A stretch of DNA of 64,000 nt from contig NC_087472.1 of NCBI RefSeq assembly GCF_036321535.1, positions 101,062,001 through 101,126,000 of the forward strand, read 5' to 3'. Each line of letters begins with the position of its first letter. Position 1 is the stretch's first letter. A model generated the notes under the pieces. The model made no database searches, had not been told where the DNA came from, and saw only the letters and a list, made by a program, of their open reading frames with translations. Made by a program: the position numbers and the translations under genes. Below are positions 1 through 12,759 of this stretch, piece by piece. Origin of the DNA: Camelus dromedarius. Taxonomy: Eukaryota.

Positions 1-700
1 AGGAGTGTCAAGTTTAGAACCTTGAGAAATACCCACTCACCATTATGATGTGTAAGTACCAATATCAGGTACTTCATAGAGGTCAATTACAAGGAAAGCC
101 AATTCTTGACTACTCGGTAGATAGGAAGTTCATCAGTTATGTTAGCAAGAACTGACGACCAGATAAAAAAATGTTCTCAGATAGAATCATGGGGGCAGAA
201 TATTGATAGAGTTCATTCCTGGTGGCCTCAGTTTACTCTGAAATAGGAAACTGACAGGCTGGAGGGAAGGGTTCATATGTGGATTGAAAGTCTATTATAT
301 TCCTGCACTAAAGCAGAGAGCTTACTCTCTGGCTGGGGAGAAAGTCAACAAGTTAACAAATAAAATAATAAAGGTATAATGAGGAAACAATGTATTATTA
401 GTCTTAAGGCAAGTGATAAAGGTTTGGAATAGCTGCCGTATGGGATGGGAAAGGGGATGACCTAGGGACACATGACTGTATTTTGGAGAGTTCACTTGAG
501 GATGAAAACTAAATATGTGTAGCACTACATGTAATAAGCATGTGGGACTTTTCTCCAGCAGTGCTCAGCAATTAAGTATAAATAGATTAAAGTGGATGGT
601 AATACTGAACTAACGTTTGGAGATAACAGAACAAGGACAAGGGGATAAGTTGGTTTGGGGTGCTGAAAAGAAAGTGGTAACATAATGCTCTGTAATGTGG
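1..700 (-). mobile_element. Degenerate LINE-2 pieces (similar pieces at about 2030-2410, 4000-4270, 6840-7150 and 38440-39030)
   Basis: Purine-rich antisense-L2 texture. Boundaries are uncertain. Confidence 0.4.
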
Positions 701-744
701 ATGTGAAAGAGTGTGATAGAATGTTTGAGTGTTTGGTCCTCTTC

Positions 745-918
745 TTTTATCAGTGGATCTGAACAGGGGACATTTTTGGTTGTCACAGCTTGGGAGGTGT
801 TGTTCCTTATACGAGTAGAGACCAGGGACGCTACTGAACATCCTAGTGCACAGAACAAACCTTACAACAGAATGTTCTGGCCCCAAATGCCAGTAGTGCC
901 AAGGTTGAGAAACTCTTG
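745..918 (+). mobile_element. MER20-like hAT DNA transposon
   Basis: tttggttgtcac...gtagagaccagggacgct...ggccccaaatgccagtagtgccaaggttgagaaac. Confidence 0.75.
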
Positions 919-919
919 A

Positions 920-2005
920 TCTGTATTAATTCCTTGGTGATTTCATCTAATTCCTGTCTTTAAGTACAATTTATATGCAAATGGCCTTCAAATTTGTATT
1001 TCCAATCCAGACTTTTTGCTCCCAACTCAGGTTTGTATATCCAGCCTACCTACTCAGTATCCCTGTTTGGATGTCTAATAGATATATCAGGCTGCTCCAC
1101 CTGCAGCCTTTCTCATATCAGGAAGTTGCAACTATCCTTCCACTTGCTTGGGCCAAAAACCTTGGTGATTATTTCTTTCACACACCACATCCATTCCATA
1201 AGGAACTACCTGCTCTATCTTCAAAATATATTTGAAATCCAACCACTTCTTGCCATCTCAGTTTCTATTAGACTGGTACAAGCTGCCTTTATCTCTCACT
1301 AGGACTACTACAGTAACTTCTTCATTAGTCTCTTTATTTGTAACCTTATAGTCTGTAGTCAACACAGCAATCAAAGAATTCCTTTTAAAACAAAAGTGAG
1401 ATTATGTCACTCCTCTGCTCAAAACCATGCAGAGGCTCTTTGTTTTATTCAGAGTAAAAGCCAGAGTCCTTACAGTGGCATCTATACCTCTACATGATAC
1501 GACCACTCATTATCTCTCTGACCTGGTTTCCTACTGCCTTCCCACTTGCATACTTCATTTTAGCCACACTTGTTCTTCAAACATTTTGGACACATCTCCT
1601 GCTTTAGGGCCTTGGCCCTTGCCTGTTGTCTCTGCCTGAAATACTCTTGCTCTAGATAACTGCATGTTAATAATCACCACTTTCAGGCTTCTGCTCACAT
1701 GTCACCTTCCATATGAGGCTTGTCCTGATTACCCTACTTAAAATTGCACAACTCCTCCCCTACTTTGCTCTCTGGATCTTCTTTACTCTGCTCTGATGCC
1801 TTTTTTTTTTCTATAGCACTCACCATTTGTAACGTAGAATATATTTTACTTATTTATTATGTTCCTCATCTTTCTCTTTACTAGTATGGGAGTACTGCAA
1901 GGGTGGGACTTTTGTCTATTTTGCTAGTTAATATATATCAAGAACCTTCAGTAGTATCTGGTGTAGTAGGCACTCAGTAAATATTTGTAAATGAATAAAT
2001 GAATG
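920..2005 (+). mobile_element. LINE-2 (L2a-like) 3' portion
   Basis: atccaaccacttct, atgtcactcctctgctcaaaacc, and a terminal gtaggcactcagtaaatatttg...tgaataaatgaat. Confidence 0.8.
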
Positions 2006-2595
2006 CTATGGGACTTGAATTCTTGATGAGGTCAAAGAAGTAGTTGATTAAAAGTAAGGAAGTAGAAATTAAAAGATAGAAGTTTGTGGTCAGATGTAGA
2101 CTCTGGGAATATAACTATAAACAAGGCAGTTAAAAAACTGCCTTTATGGAGCTTACCTTCTAGCTGGGGAAATGTATAGTAAACCATACTAAATACATGT
2201 ATCTTATGTTTGATAGTTGTACATGCTAAGGAAAAGGGAAGGTAACATTTTTGATAAGTTGGCCAGGAAGATCTTGGTGAGAAGGTGCCATTTGAGTGAA
2301 GATATGAGAACGGGAGTGAAGGAACCTTGAGACTACAAGGGTAAAAATATGCCAGGCAGAGGGGTAATGCAGATAATGCTGAGACGAGGGAGAAATAACC
2401 TGTAAGGAGAACCATATAGTAAGTAGGTAAGCAGAGGGAGGTGAAAAGGCCATTTTTTTGCTAGCTACCTTCCAGAATAGAATCATTTTTTTTCTTAGAG
2501 TAAAAGAAAAGGTTTTGATCCCTTGTTTATTTTAGCTGTTGCTTTTGCAAATTAAATCTTTGTGTTTTAGGAAGTCATTTGAGAACTGATGATGA

Positions 2596-2858
2596 TGTGG
2601 GAAGGGTAAGTTAGGAATTTGGGATTAACAGATACACATTACTATATATAAAATAGATAAACAACAAGTACCTACTGTATAGCACAGGGATCTATATTCA
2701 GTTTCTTGTAATAAGCTATAATGGAAAATCTGAAAAAATATATTACATATATACATATGTATATGTATGTATATGTATAACTCAGTCTCTTTGCTGTACA
2801 TCTGAAACTAACATTATAAATCAACTACACGTCAATAAAAAATAAAATTAAAAAAAAA
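2596..2858 (+). mobile_element. Short L1 3'-end insertion
   Basis: L1 3'UTR (tttgggattaacagatacac...ctgaaactaac...aataaa) plus poly(A). TSD agaa(c/t)tgatgatga. Confidence 0.85.
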
Positions 2859-2868
2859 GAATTGATGA

Positions 2869-2974
2869 GGGGGAGGGTATAGCTCAGTGGTAGAGTGCAT
2901 GCTTAGCATGCATGAGGTCCTAGGTTCAATCCCCAGTATTTCCATTAAAAATAAATAAACCTAACTACCCCCCC
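2869..2974 (+). mobile_element. tRNA-derived SINE (camelid Vic-1-like)
   Basis: ggggagggtatagctcagtggtagag (A box) and ggttcaatccccag (B box), an A-rich tail, and a 15-bp TSD aaaaagaattgatga. Confidence 0.88.
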
Positions 2975-4284
2975 AAAAAGAATTGATGATGACAAACTAT
3001 ATTCTTTGAAAACATATTTTAAGGCAACTTTATAGCATTACCTTTTGTGGACAGCAGAGGGTACCATTTTGTCAGTTATCTAAATCTAAAGGAGACTGTT
3101 TTGAGATAAAGCCCTTTCGTTTACTATGTTATGAAAAAAAGAGTAGTTCCTTTTTTTTCTTAATAAAAATTTGTTTTCTTCTAGAGCTCTGTTTATATTT
3201 ATTTGTATGGCTATGCTGATGTCAGAAAATTTGATAGAGTAGTCATGAAATTTAGAAGAATTAATAAACAGTATGAAATCTTCAGAGCATAAATTGCATT
3301 TTTTTCTGTAATCATTTTATGGTTTTTGTTACTTGCTAGCCAATAGTGGCATTGATAACCTCCTGTCATATTGGGGTTTCTTTTTAGGTTATACATTTGA
3401 ATCTTAAAATTCTGTTTCTCGAGTCATTCCTGTCTTAATTCTGTTTTGTAGCGGAAAATGTATATTGTCATTTGAACTTAGTTTACTTTGCTACAGAAAG
3501 TCTTAAGCCTTATTCTTACTCTCTTAAATGACCATGTAAGGTTCTGGGATCCTTATTTGTGCCTTGAATGTTTTCTGCATTCTGTGAATGTCCAGCACAA
3601 ATTTATCAATTGCCATGGTTATCCTTTGTAAAATCTGCCCCCATTTTTCTTCCCGTATGTAGTAACTGACAATAGACCTTTTGCTCCTTCATAAAGTGAC
3701 AGTATGTGACTACTTCTTACTTATCAGCTATTTATCAGATACTTTGGTCTTTGATCAAACTAACCTTTGCCCTGCTAACTTTCAGGGTGGTTTTTAAGAA
3801 TCAAATTAAGAATATGTAATTAAAAGGACTTTGAAAGAACTTTCAGATTGCAAGGCTGTAAAGGGTAGGGTAATAGTGGGAAAGTACAGGATGATGAGAT
3901 GGGTTTAAAAGGGGCATTTAAAAAGGGAACCAACCTACCAGATATATTTTTTAATTAATATCTTGGTGAAAGAGTTGAGAGCTTGTTTACTGTTCTCCAG
4001 GTGATTCCTTGGTTCATTCATTTAAAAAACAATGCTTACTGTTGGGTACTGTGCTGAAAATAACAATATGAAAAAGATGAGGTACCTGCTTTTGAGAATC
4101 CCTTATTCTCATAGAGGAGTGAACACATTTTAACAGTTTCACAATTGAAGGCAAGAGCATCTCTGTGGTTGACCTAGGAGTGGGCAGGCATTGGTCAGAG
4201 AAGCCTTAAAGAGGCCAGGAGAGCTGGGCTTTGAAGTTTGGTTGAGTTGGAGTTGGCTGGGCAGATGGTGGGTGTACAGTGTAA

Positions 4285-4490
4285 CAAGGAGTTGGCTACC
4301 TAGATTTAAAATCTAGCTCTGATACTTATGGTGTAGTCTTAGGCAATTGTGTGCATCAGTTTTACCATCTGTAAAATGGGGATAATAATTGCACTGACTT
4401 TATAGGATTGTTGTGAGAATTACATGAATATATGGCGACCATTTAAACTGTGCCTGGCATATACTAACAATTGAAAGTTAACTTTTAATG
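4285..4490 (+). mobile_element. MIR SINE (others at about 22230-22440 +, 37130-37345 +, 24990-25135 -, 53540-53810 -)
   Basis: MIR core cagttttaccatctgtaaaatggggataata...ataggattgttgtgagaatta. Confidence 0.75.
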
Positions 4491-4576
4491 TTGTCATTTT
4501 AGAAATCTAGGGGTTGGAATTGGCAGGTTGTGGTCTTTGACTGAATGTGAGTGTTAAGAGTAAAGGATGTGTCTAG

Positions 4577-4730
4577 GGTAGTGGTTCGTAGCCTTGGATG
4601 CATGTTAGAATCATCTGGGCAGTTAAAATATGCTGATACCTGGGCCCCACCTCAGACGAATTTAATCAGCATCAATGGCAGTGTGGCCCCAGGTGATTCT
4701 AATACTGTCAGACTGGGAACTACTGGTCTA
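4577..4730. mobile_element. MER5-like hAT MITE (a second copy at about 7950-8105)
   Basis: ttagaatcatctgggcagtt...ccccaggtgattctaat...tgggaactactggtcta. Confidence 0.65.
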
Positions 4731-5501
4731 GGACCATTTCCAGGTTTCTGGCTTGGGTCACTGGATTGCTGATGGTGCTGTTTACTAGGATAAAAAGCAA
4801 ATTGAAAAAAGATGTTGCTTTTAATGTAGCACTTGGGCTCTCTAAGAATCCTTTTAGTATTTGCATGACTTCACTTTTTGTAACTAACAAATACTTTTTA
4901 AATATTTGTTTCTGGATTGGATATCATAAATGACCCCAGACTATATAGATGACTTTCATATTCTTGTGTCTTCATTTCATACTTTGAGTTTCTTTTTAGG
5001 TATTACCTGTATTATCTGCTGCTGTTCTTTCTCTTTGGACTTACTACCTTTCAGTATACCCTGTAATTTACTTATTGTTAGGTTTGTTTGATTATCTTTG
5101 AAAAATTTTTTTGTTGCTTCCTCTCCTTCATCCTGTCCAGCCCCACAACCACTGCTACCACCACTACTAGAATGTAATTTCCACCAGAACAGAGATCTTA
5201 TATTTTTGTTCACCAATAAATGCCAAATTCCTGGTACATAGTATATAATACATATTTCTTGAATGAATGAATGAAGTACTATCAGGCTGGTTTTGTTTTC
5301 TTCTAAGCTCTTGGCTCTGCTCCAGAGTAAGTGAGATATTGTAGAGCAGAATTTCAGAGGGATCTGTGAGAACTGTTTCTTCCTGTATTTAATTGATAAA
5401 GACGAAGCTTAACTTCTGGTTGCTAAAGGTTGTAAGAATATAATTGAGCAAATGCTTCTTAATACATCTTAACAATGAAAACTTTTTTAATGTTTTGGTA
5501 G

Positions 5502-5745
5502 GAGCCACCAAAGCCACCTCTAAATAATTTTAAAGTGGGAATGAAACTTGAAGCTATAGACAAAAAGAACCCTTATCTGATCTGCCCTGCAACTATTGGA
5601 GATGTTAAAGGAGATGAAGTTTATATCACATTCGATGGCTGGAGTGGAGCTTTTGATTATTGGTGCAAGTATGATTGTCGAGATATTTTCCCAGTAGGGT
5701 GGTGTCGCCTCACAGGAGATGTATTACAACCACCAGGAGCTCATG
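5502..5745 (+). CDS. SCML2: SCML2 internal coding exon, second MBT repeat (EPPKPPLNNFKVGMKLEAIDKKNPYLICPATIG...FDGWSGAFDYWC...QPPGAH)
   Basis: tag| acceptor ends at 5501 and g|gtaag donor starts at 5746. The exon is 244 nt, phase 0 to 1. It has the MBT signature F..GMKLEA.D..NP..ICPATI...FDGW...DYW and matches SCML2 as I recall it. Confidence 0.96.
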
Positions 5746-7199
5746 GTAAGATAATGATGATAACTGACTAGTACGTGTTCTTTTATTTTATTGAAGTTAG
5801 GTCTAACTGCTGTTGGCATTAAGGTTAGGACTTCATGCCCAACTGAGGAGCAGCAGGCAGAACAGTGAGGGTACTGTCCAGGCTAGAGAACTGGAGATAA
5901 AAGAAAGCTATAATTAGAACCTAGCATCATAGTCTGAATTGACAGTCCGTAACAGAGAATATGGGCAAAGCTGTAAGTCACACTTAGACCATTGAAGCCT
6001 TGCTGCTGTAAGCATTTTGGGGTGCTCAGCTACCTTTACAGTTGATATTCTATTTAAAATTATGCATAGTATTCCATTGTTTATATCTCAAAGATAGTTT
6101 CTTAAAGATTGGGCATAACAACTGTTATATACACGTTTTACATGATTTCATTTGTTTTTCCAAGTTAAATTGATACTTTGATATTATTGTTAAGTAAAAT
6201 CTACATGTCAGTGAAAATTTTTGACTGTGGAAGCCATTGTGGATTAGTGCTTCGTTTTAGTCATGTGTTTATCAGTTGTAATGCTGTGCTTCCTAAGTTG
6301 AATACTATGTCATCTAGTCTAGATATTTTCTTTCAGAGAAAAGTCATCAAAATATTGAAGCTCCTTGATTGTCTCTTCCAAGTATATAGACATGCCTAAC
6401 CTGGTCTTCTGTGATGGAATTACTGCTGAGATTTAGTGGAGTCTAAGCACAGAACTGAATCATTGGCCTAAGTTAAATGTAAACTTACTAGTTGAACACA
6501 TGTAAACATACTTAATGTTTACCCTACTAAATTTGTTTATTTATACCAGAAAAAAAAGAAACGTTGGTCTAGAAAATGATTAGGTAATGTGTATGGAGGA
6601 AGGCTGTGGCTAGATATGAGAATATAGCCATATTATTCTTATAATTGCTATTAGAATCTTCTGTGATTTGGAACTTTAACACATCCCATTATACTACAAT
6701 ACTGCATACTATGATGTTCTTTTTATTAGGTACCTTTTTTACCAGTTCTCTGCTGCCATAATTTTAAGACAGATATTAATGGTAGATTTTTATAAAAAAT
6801 TTAGTATAATACAGATATATATGTGCATATGGCACTAAAATAAGGCATAGTTTCTGCCCTCAAGAAGTTTACCTTCTAGTGGGAGAGGGATGAATGGAGG
6901 GATAGATTTGTTTTTTAAAAATACAATACAGAATTAGTATATAAAAATAGTGACGTATGCTAGATATTAAGGTGGCCCAAAGACATCCAGTCCGTTTAGG
7001 CTGGAGGTAAAGGTGGTTAGGTAAAGGAAAGTTTCACAAAAAGACACATGATTTGAGTATTAAGAGAGGAGAAGGAGCTTGCCAGGCAGAAGGGAGACAA
7101 AGGTAGGGGGCACAACAAAGGTAAAATTACACAGTGTGTTCTGAAAACTGATGAGTTCAATTTGCGACACGGTGACTTTGGAATGAGTGGTCAAGAATG

Positions 7200-7662
7200 C
7201 TGTTTTCCTCCACTATCTGGTCTCCCCCCACCTTTTTTTCTTTTTTCTTAGTAGCAGAGTTCGGCTGCCTAATGTAAAGACTAGATTTCTAGCCTTTCTA
7301 GTAGTTAGATATGGCCATGAGACTTAAGTCCTGGTCTATGGGATAAAAGTATAGGTAGTGTGTTCTACTTCCAGGAAGTGTATTACAGAGAGGTGAATGC
7401 CCCATTCTCTCTTCCTTCTTGCTTCTGTCCTGCTGCTTAGGAATGTGGTTATTTTGGGGGGAGCTCCATCTTGAACTTTGAAATGGGGGCCATATGGAGT
7501 AGAGTGGAAAGCAGAAAGGAGCCAGAGTCTCTGAGAACTTTGTGGAGCAGAATTTTTATAGTAGCCTATTCCAGACTGTTGTAAGAGAGAAACTTCTGTG
7601 TTATGTAAACCACCATTTCAGGCTTTTCTCTTACTATTAGCTGAATTTAATCCTAACTAATT
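7200..7662 (+). mobile_element. MLT1-type MaLR solo LTR relic (others at about 36500-36860 and 63670-63960)
   Basis: gttagatatggccatgagact...; 3' end ttactattagctgaatttaatcctaactaattca. The 36.8 kb copy has aacatttcatttgccaaataaagtcacatagcc. Confidence 0.6.
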
Positions 7663-8369
7663 CAGGACAGCCTGGTGGCCATGTCCATTGGATCGATGCA
7701 TATACAAGTATGAAGCCTAAAAGAGTTAGATTTTGGTTGACAGAGCAGGCTTGAAAATCATCATGTTCATTCAAATAAATACTCTTTGTCAGGAGAGATT
7801 ATAGGTGCTGGCGGGGAAGGGGTGGGCAGTTTACACATCCTGTTGAGAGATGTAAGTGGTGAAAGTTTGAGGTGTGGTTTTAATTGTACATATGTAACAG
7901 GTGGAAGTAGAAGAGGACCCATGACAGAACCTTGTGGGTTAACATTTAAGACAGTAATTCTCTTGAATCACTTGAATCACCTGGGGGAACTTGTTAAAAG
8001 ACTGATGCCCTAGTACTCACATCTAGGGGTTCTGAATCAGTAGGTCCTGAGTAGGGCTCAAGTGTTTCCATTGCACATGGTTTGAGGCCTAAACTTTGAG
8101 AAACACAAGAATAAGAGATGGGTAGATGATAGAATTCAATTTAGGACACTGAGAAAAAGCATGTATAAATGTAGAAGAGTCACGAGATTGATGCCTCCAA
8201 AAACAAGAGAAGAAAGATTTTAAGCAGTAAATATTCAGCACTATCAAATGCAGCATTAAAGTCAAGAGGGAGAGCTCATTAGTGGTCTTAAGTAAAAGTG
8301 TGATTACTAGACTTATTTGAAAAAAATGGATATAGAGAGTTGAGTAAATAGGAGATGCAAAGTGTTTTT

Positions 8370-10150
8370 TAAAATGTGGCTTCACCAATGTTTTCTGAGA
8401 TCTGCCTCCTCTGTCCTCTACCACACTAGACTTTTCACCAGTTAAAGTGAAATTTAGATCCTTTACCTCAATTTATGTCTCTTTACCCTCCACCATTCAT
8501 AACTGTCTTATTTCTCCTGCATTCATTGAGAGTGGCATTAGACAGTGTGATACTTCTTGCTTCAACCATAAAACATAATTTAGAAAACTCAAGAGGAGAA
8601 GGAAAGTCTATTGTATTTACCCACAGTTTTACTCTTTCAGTCTTCCTTCTTCCTTCCTGATTTTCAAAGATTCCTTCTTTTGTCTTGTTTTGTTTTGTTT
8701 AGAGAACTTCTTTTAGTCATTCTTTTAGAGTATGTCGTCTGGCAACAAATTCTTAGTTTTCCTTAATCCAGGAATGTCTCTATTTCTCCTTCATTCTTGA
8801 AAGATGGTTGCTGGATATAGAATTCCAGGTTGGCAGTTGTTTTCTTTCAGCACTTGAAAAATGTTGTGCAGCTTCCTTCTGACTTCCATGGTTTCTGATG
8901 AGAAGTTTGCTTTTATTCGAATTGTTTTTCCCCTATAAGTTTCATTATGATTGAGTCTTTTTCCTAGTAGTTCTTCCAATGTTTACTTTATGCTTATCTG
9001 TTTTCTGGCTACATTATCAGGTGTATACAAATTTTGAACTCTTATAACTTCCTAGTCAATTGAACCTTCTGTAGTAATCCTTTTTATGGTGTTTGTTTGT
9101 TTGCTTTACCTTAAAGTCTACTTTATCTTGTGTCAGTGTAGTTACACCAGCTTTTGTTGGTGTTTTTATTCTTTTTCTCTCTTTGTCTAATTTTCAACCT
9201 TTATCTATCCTAATCTAAAAAGGTGCATTTCTTGCAAATAGTTGGATTTTGATTTTTTGGCAAGTCAGCTTGTCTTTTAACTGAAGCTTTTAATCTGTTT
9301 ATATTTATTGTAATCACAGATATATTGAATTTTCAATATGCCATCTAATTTTGTGCTTTGTAGTTGTCTTGGCTTTTCTATGTTTTATTTTCCTTTTTTG
9401 GGTTATTTTTTCTTACTCCATTTGTTCCCCTCTTCTTGTTTGAAAGTTATACACTATATTTTCTGTTCTTTTAATACTCTAGGAATTTTAACATGCTTTC
9501 TTAAAGGAAGCCTGAAATTAATCAATATCTCTATTCTGCACTGACAGTGAAAGGAACTTAGAATACCTATTTACTCCTTTCAAATTCATGTTATTACTGT
9601 TGTATATTTTAATTATGTATTTTTGTAATCCTATAAACTATTATTGTTGTTTACATAGTCAATATTTGTTGAGATTGACCAATATATTCAACATGTTCTT
9701 TGCTCTTTATTCCTCCATAGCATCTCAAACCTTTCATCTGGAATTAATTTTCTTCTGTCTAGGGTAGAGCCTTCAGAATTTCCTTTAGTGAGTATTTGCT
9801 AGTGGCATGCTTTCTCAGTTTATGTTCATCTGAATATGTCTTTCAACTCTTTCAACTCTTTCCTTGAAAGACATTTTCTCTCGATGTAGAATTCTAGGTT
9901 GGCAGCTATTTTCTTTCAGCACATTGAAGTTACCATTCTTTTGCCTTTTGATTTCCATTGCTGTTGAGAATTCAGCTGTCATTCTCTTCCCTCTGACTAT
10001 AATCTCATTTTTTTCTCTAGCTGCTTTAATATGAGAATTCAGCTGTCATTCTCTTCCCTCTGACTATAATCTCATTTTTTTCTCTAGCTGCTTTAATATT
10101 TTCCTGTTGTCTTTGTGTTTTGCATTTTCACTCTGATACTTCTAGGTGTG
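8370..10150 (-). mobile_element. Ancient L1M fragments (two ORF1 C-terminal/inter-ORF pieces)
   Basis: ORF 8791-8979 encodes YRGKTIRIKANFSSETMEVRR...LKENNCQPGILYPA (L1 ORF1). A homologous stretch recurs at about 9780-9980. Confidence 0.75.
9966..10099. repeat. Perfect 67-bp tandem duplication
   Basis: 9966-10032 is identical to 10033-10099. Confidence 0.95.
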
Positions 10151-10321
10151 GGTTTTGTTGAATCTTGGCAAAACTATGCTTACATGAATGATAAGTTGTT
10201 TACTTTCATTGTGAAAATTTTTAAATGTTTGATACTATAATTTAACTGTTTTATCATTAAGGATTTCAAATGACACAAGCAATGTGACATTGTAAGACAC
10301 TTTTTACAACGTTTTTTCATT

Positions 10322-11825
10322 TTTCTTTTTTTGTCCTTTTTTAAAAATTGAGGTGTAGTTGATTTGCAACATTGTGTTTCAGGTGTACAGCAAAGTGATT
10401 CAGTTATATACATTTTTTTCACATTATTTTCCATTTTAGGTTATTACAAGAGATTGAATATAGTTCCTTGTCCTATATAGTAAATCTTTGTTGCTTATCT
10501 ACTTTTTGTATATTAGTATGTATCTGTTAATCCTATACTCCTGATTTGTCCCTCCTCCCCATTCCCCTTTGGTAACCATAAGTTTGTTTTCTATGTCTGT
10601 GAGTCTCTTTGTTTTGTATATAGATTCTTGTATTATTTTTTAGATTCCACATATCAGTGATATCATTTAATTTTTGTCTTTCTCTGTCTGACTTACTTCA
10701 CTTAGTATGATATTCTCTCGGTCCATCCATGATGCTACAGATGGCAGTATTTCATTTTTTTTTAATGGCTGAGTGATATTCCATTGTATGTATACACCAC
10801 ATCTTCTTAAACCAATCATCTGTTGATGGACACCTGGATTGTTTCCATGTCTTAGCTATTACAGTGCTTCTGTGAACATTGGGGTGCATGTATCTTTTCA
10901 AATTGGTTTTCATATTTTCCAGATATACGCCCAGGAGTGGGATTGCTGGGTCATCATCATGGTAGCTCTATTTTTAGTTTTCTAAGGAACCTTCATACTG
11001 TTTTCTATAGTGGCTAAACCAATTTACACTCCCACCAGCAGTATAGGAGGGTTTTCTTCACACCCTCTCCAACATTTGTTATGTGTAGAGTTTTTGTTAA
11101 TGGCCATTCTGACTGGTGTGAGGTGATATTCATTGTAGTTTTGATTTGCATTTCTCTTATAATTAGCGATGTTGAGCATCTCTTCATGTGCCTGTTGGCC
11201 ATCTGTATATCTTTGGAGAAGTGTCTGTTTAAGTCTTCTGCCCATTTTTGGATTGGGTTATTTGGTTTTTTGATATTGAGTTGTATGAGTTCTTTGTGAA
11301 TTTTGGATATTAACTCCTTGTTGGTCGCATTATTTTCAAATATTTTTTCCCATTCCATAATTTGTCTTTTCATTTTGTTGATGGTTTCTTTTACTGTGCA
11401 AAAGCTTTTAAGTGTGATTAGGTCACATTTGTTCATTTTTGCTTTTATTTCTTTTTCCTAGGAAGGCCAATCTAAGACAATATTGCTACAATTTATGTCT
11501 GAGAATGTTTTTCCTATTTTCTAGCAGTTTGATGGTGTCATGTCTTATATTTAGGCCTTTAAACCATTTTGAGTTTATTTTTGTATGTGGTATGAGGGAG
11601 TGTTCTTATTTCATTGATTAACCTGTATCTGTCCAGCTTTCCCAATTCCACTTGTTGAAGAGACTGTCTTTTCTCCATTGTATATTCTTGCCTCCTTTGT
11701 TGTAGATGAATTGGCCATAGGTGTGTAGGTTTAGTTCTGGGCTCCCTATTCTGTTCCATTGATCTATATGTCTATTTTTGTCCCAGTACCATGCTGTTTT
11801 GATTACTGTAGCTTTGTAGTATTGT
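10322..11825 (-). mobile_element. 5'-truncated L1 (older artiodactyl-type 3' end)
   Basis: ORF2 C-terminal fragments ([25 protein letters not shown]), L1 3'UTR and a T-rich tail. Confidence 0.9.
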
Positions 11826-11996
11826 TTATGACTTTCTTTGAATACAAATAATCCAACCCATGCTAAGGTAGGTTTTGGAAGCAGTAGAGTAGAAACAAAG
11901 ATGTGCCCATTGGTACCACATTCTGATTTGTAGATTCACAGAAGTCCCCAGAATAACCTTAGGATTCTGGGGACAGTATGGTGAAAAATTGTTAGT

Positions 11997-12233
11997 TCAG
12001 GGGGTGGGAAGGGATAAATTGGGAGTTTGAGGTTTGCAAATATTAACTAATATATATATAAAATAGATAAATGACAAGTTCATACTATATAGCATAGGGA
12101 GTATATTCAATGTCTTGTAGTAACTTATGGTGAAAAAGAATATGAAAACAAATATATGTATGTTCATGTATGACTGAAGCATTTGCTGTGCACTGGGAAT
12201 TGACACAACATTGTAAACTGACTATACTTCAAT

Positions 12234-12267
<34 letters not shown>
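11997..12267 (+). mobile_element. Short L1 3'-end insertion with an (AT)n tail
   Basis: L1 3'UTR sequence and AATAAA. 13-bp TSD aaaaattgttagt at 11984-11996 and 12268-12280. Confidence 0.88.
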
Positions 12268-12759
12268 AAAAATTGTTAGTGCATAATCACTCAAAAGACA
12301 TTGTATATATGATTCATTTTGATTTTTTTCAAGCATTTGCTTATTAATTGCAGATTAATATGGTTAGTGCTATACTTACACAAGGTGAAATACTCTTTTT
12401 GCATAGAGAAAACATTTATTTTAGCAATATATCATTCATTAGATGACAGCTATAATATAAAGTATCATTTTTAGATACAATGTGATATATTCTTGAAAGC
12501 CAAATATTTTAAAATTATTTTTAATGTAATTTTTCTCTAATAGAAAAAGTAATAAATGCAAAAAACAAAAAAATGAGAAAAGCACATAGAGATAATCATA
12601 GCAAACAGTTTTATCTATATTTGTTTTCATAGTGCCCTTTTTTCTTTTTGTTTTACACATAGATGTTTAGAACATGCACCCAGCCAAATTAGTAGAAAAA
12701 TGATAAGTTATGGTATATTTACTCCTTAGAATAATATAGAACAATTTAGAATAGTGAGA

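Noticed and set aside
2869..2945. tRNA-like sequences here and at about 20880, 26530, 41590 and 42150
   Set aside because: They have A/B boxes but also A-rich tails, TSDs and scattered mismatches, so they are SINEs rather than tRNA genes.
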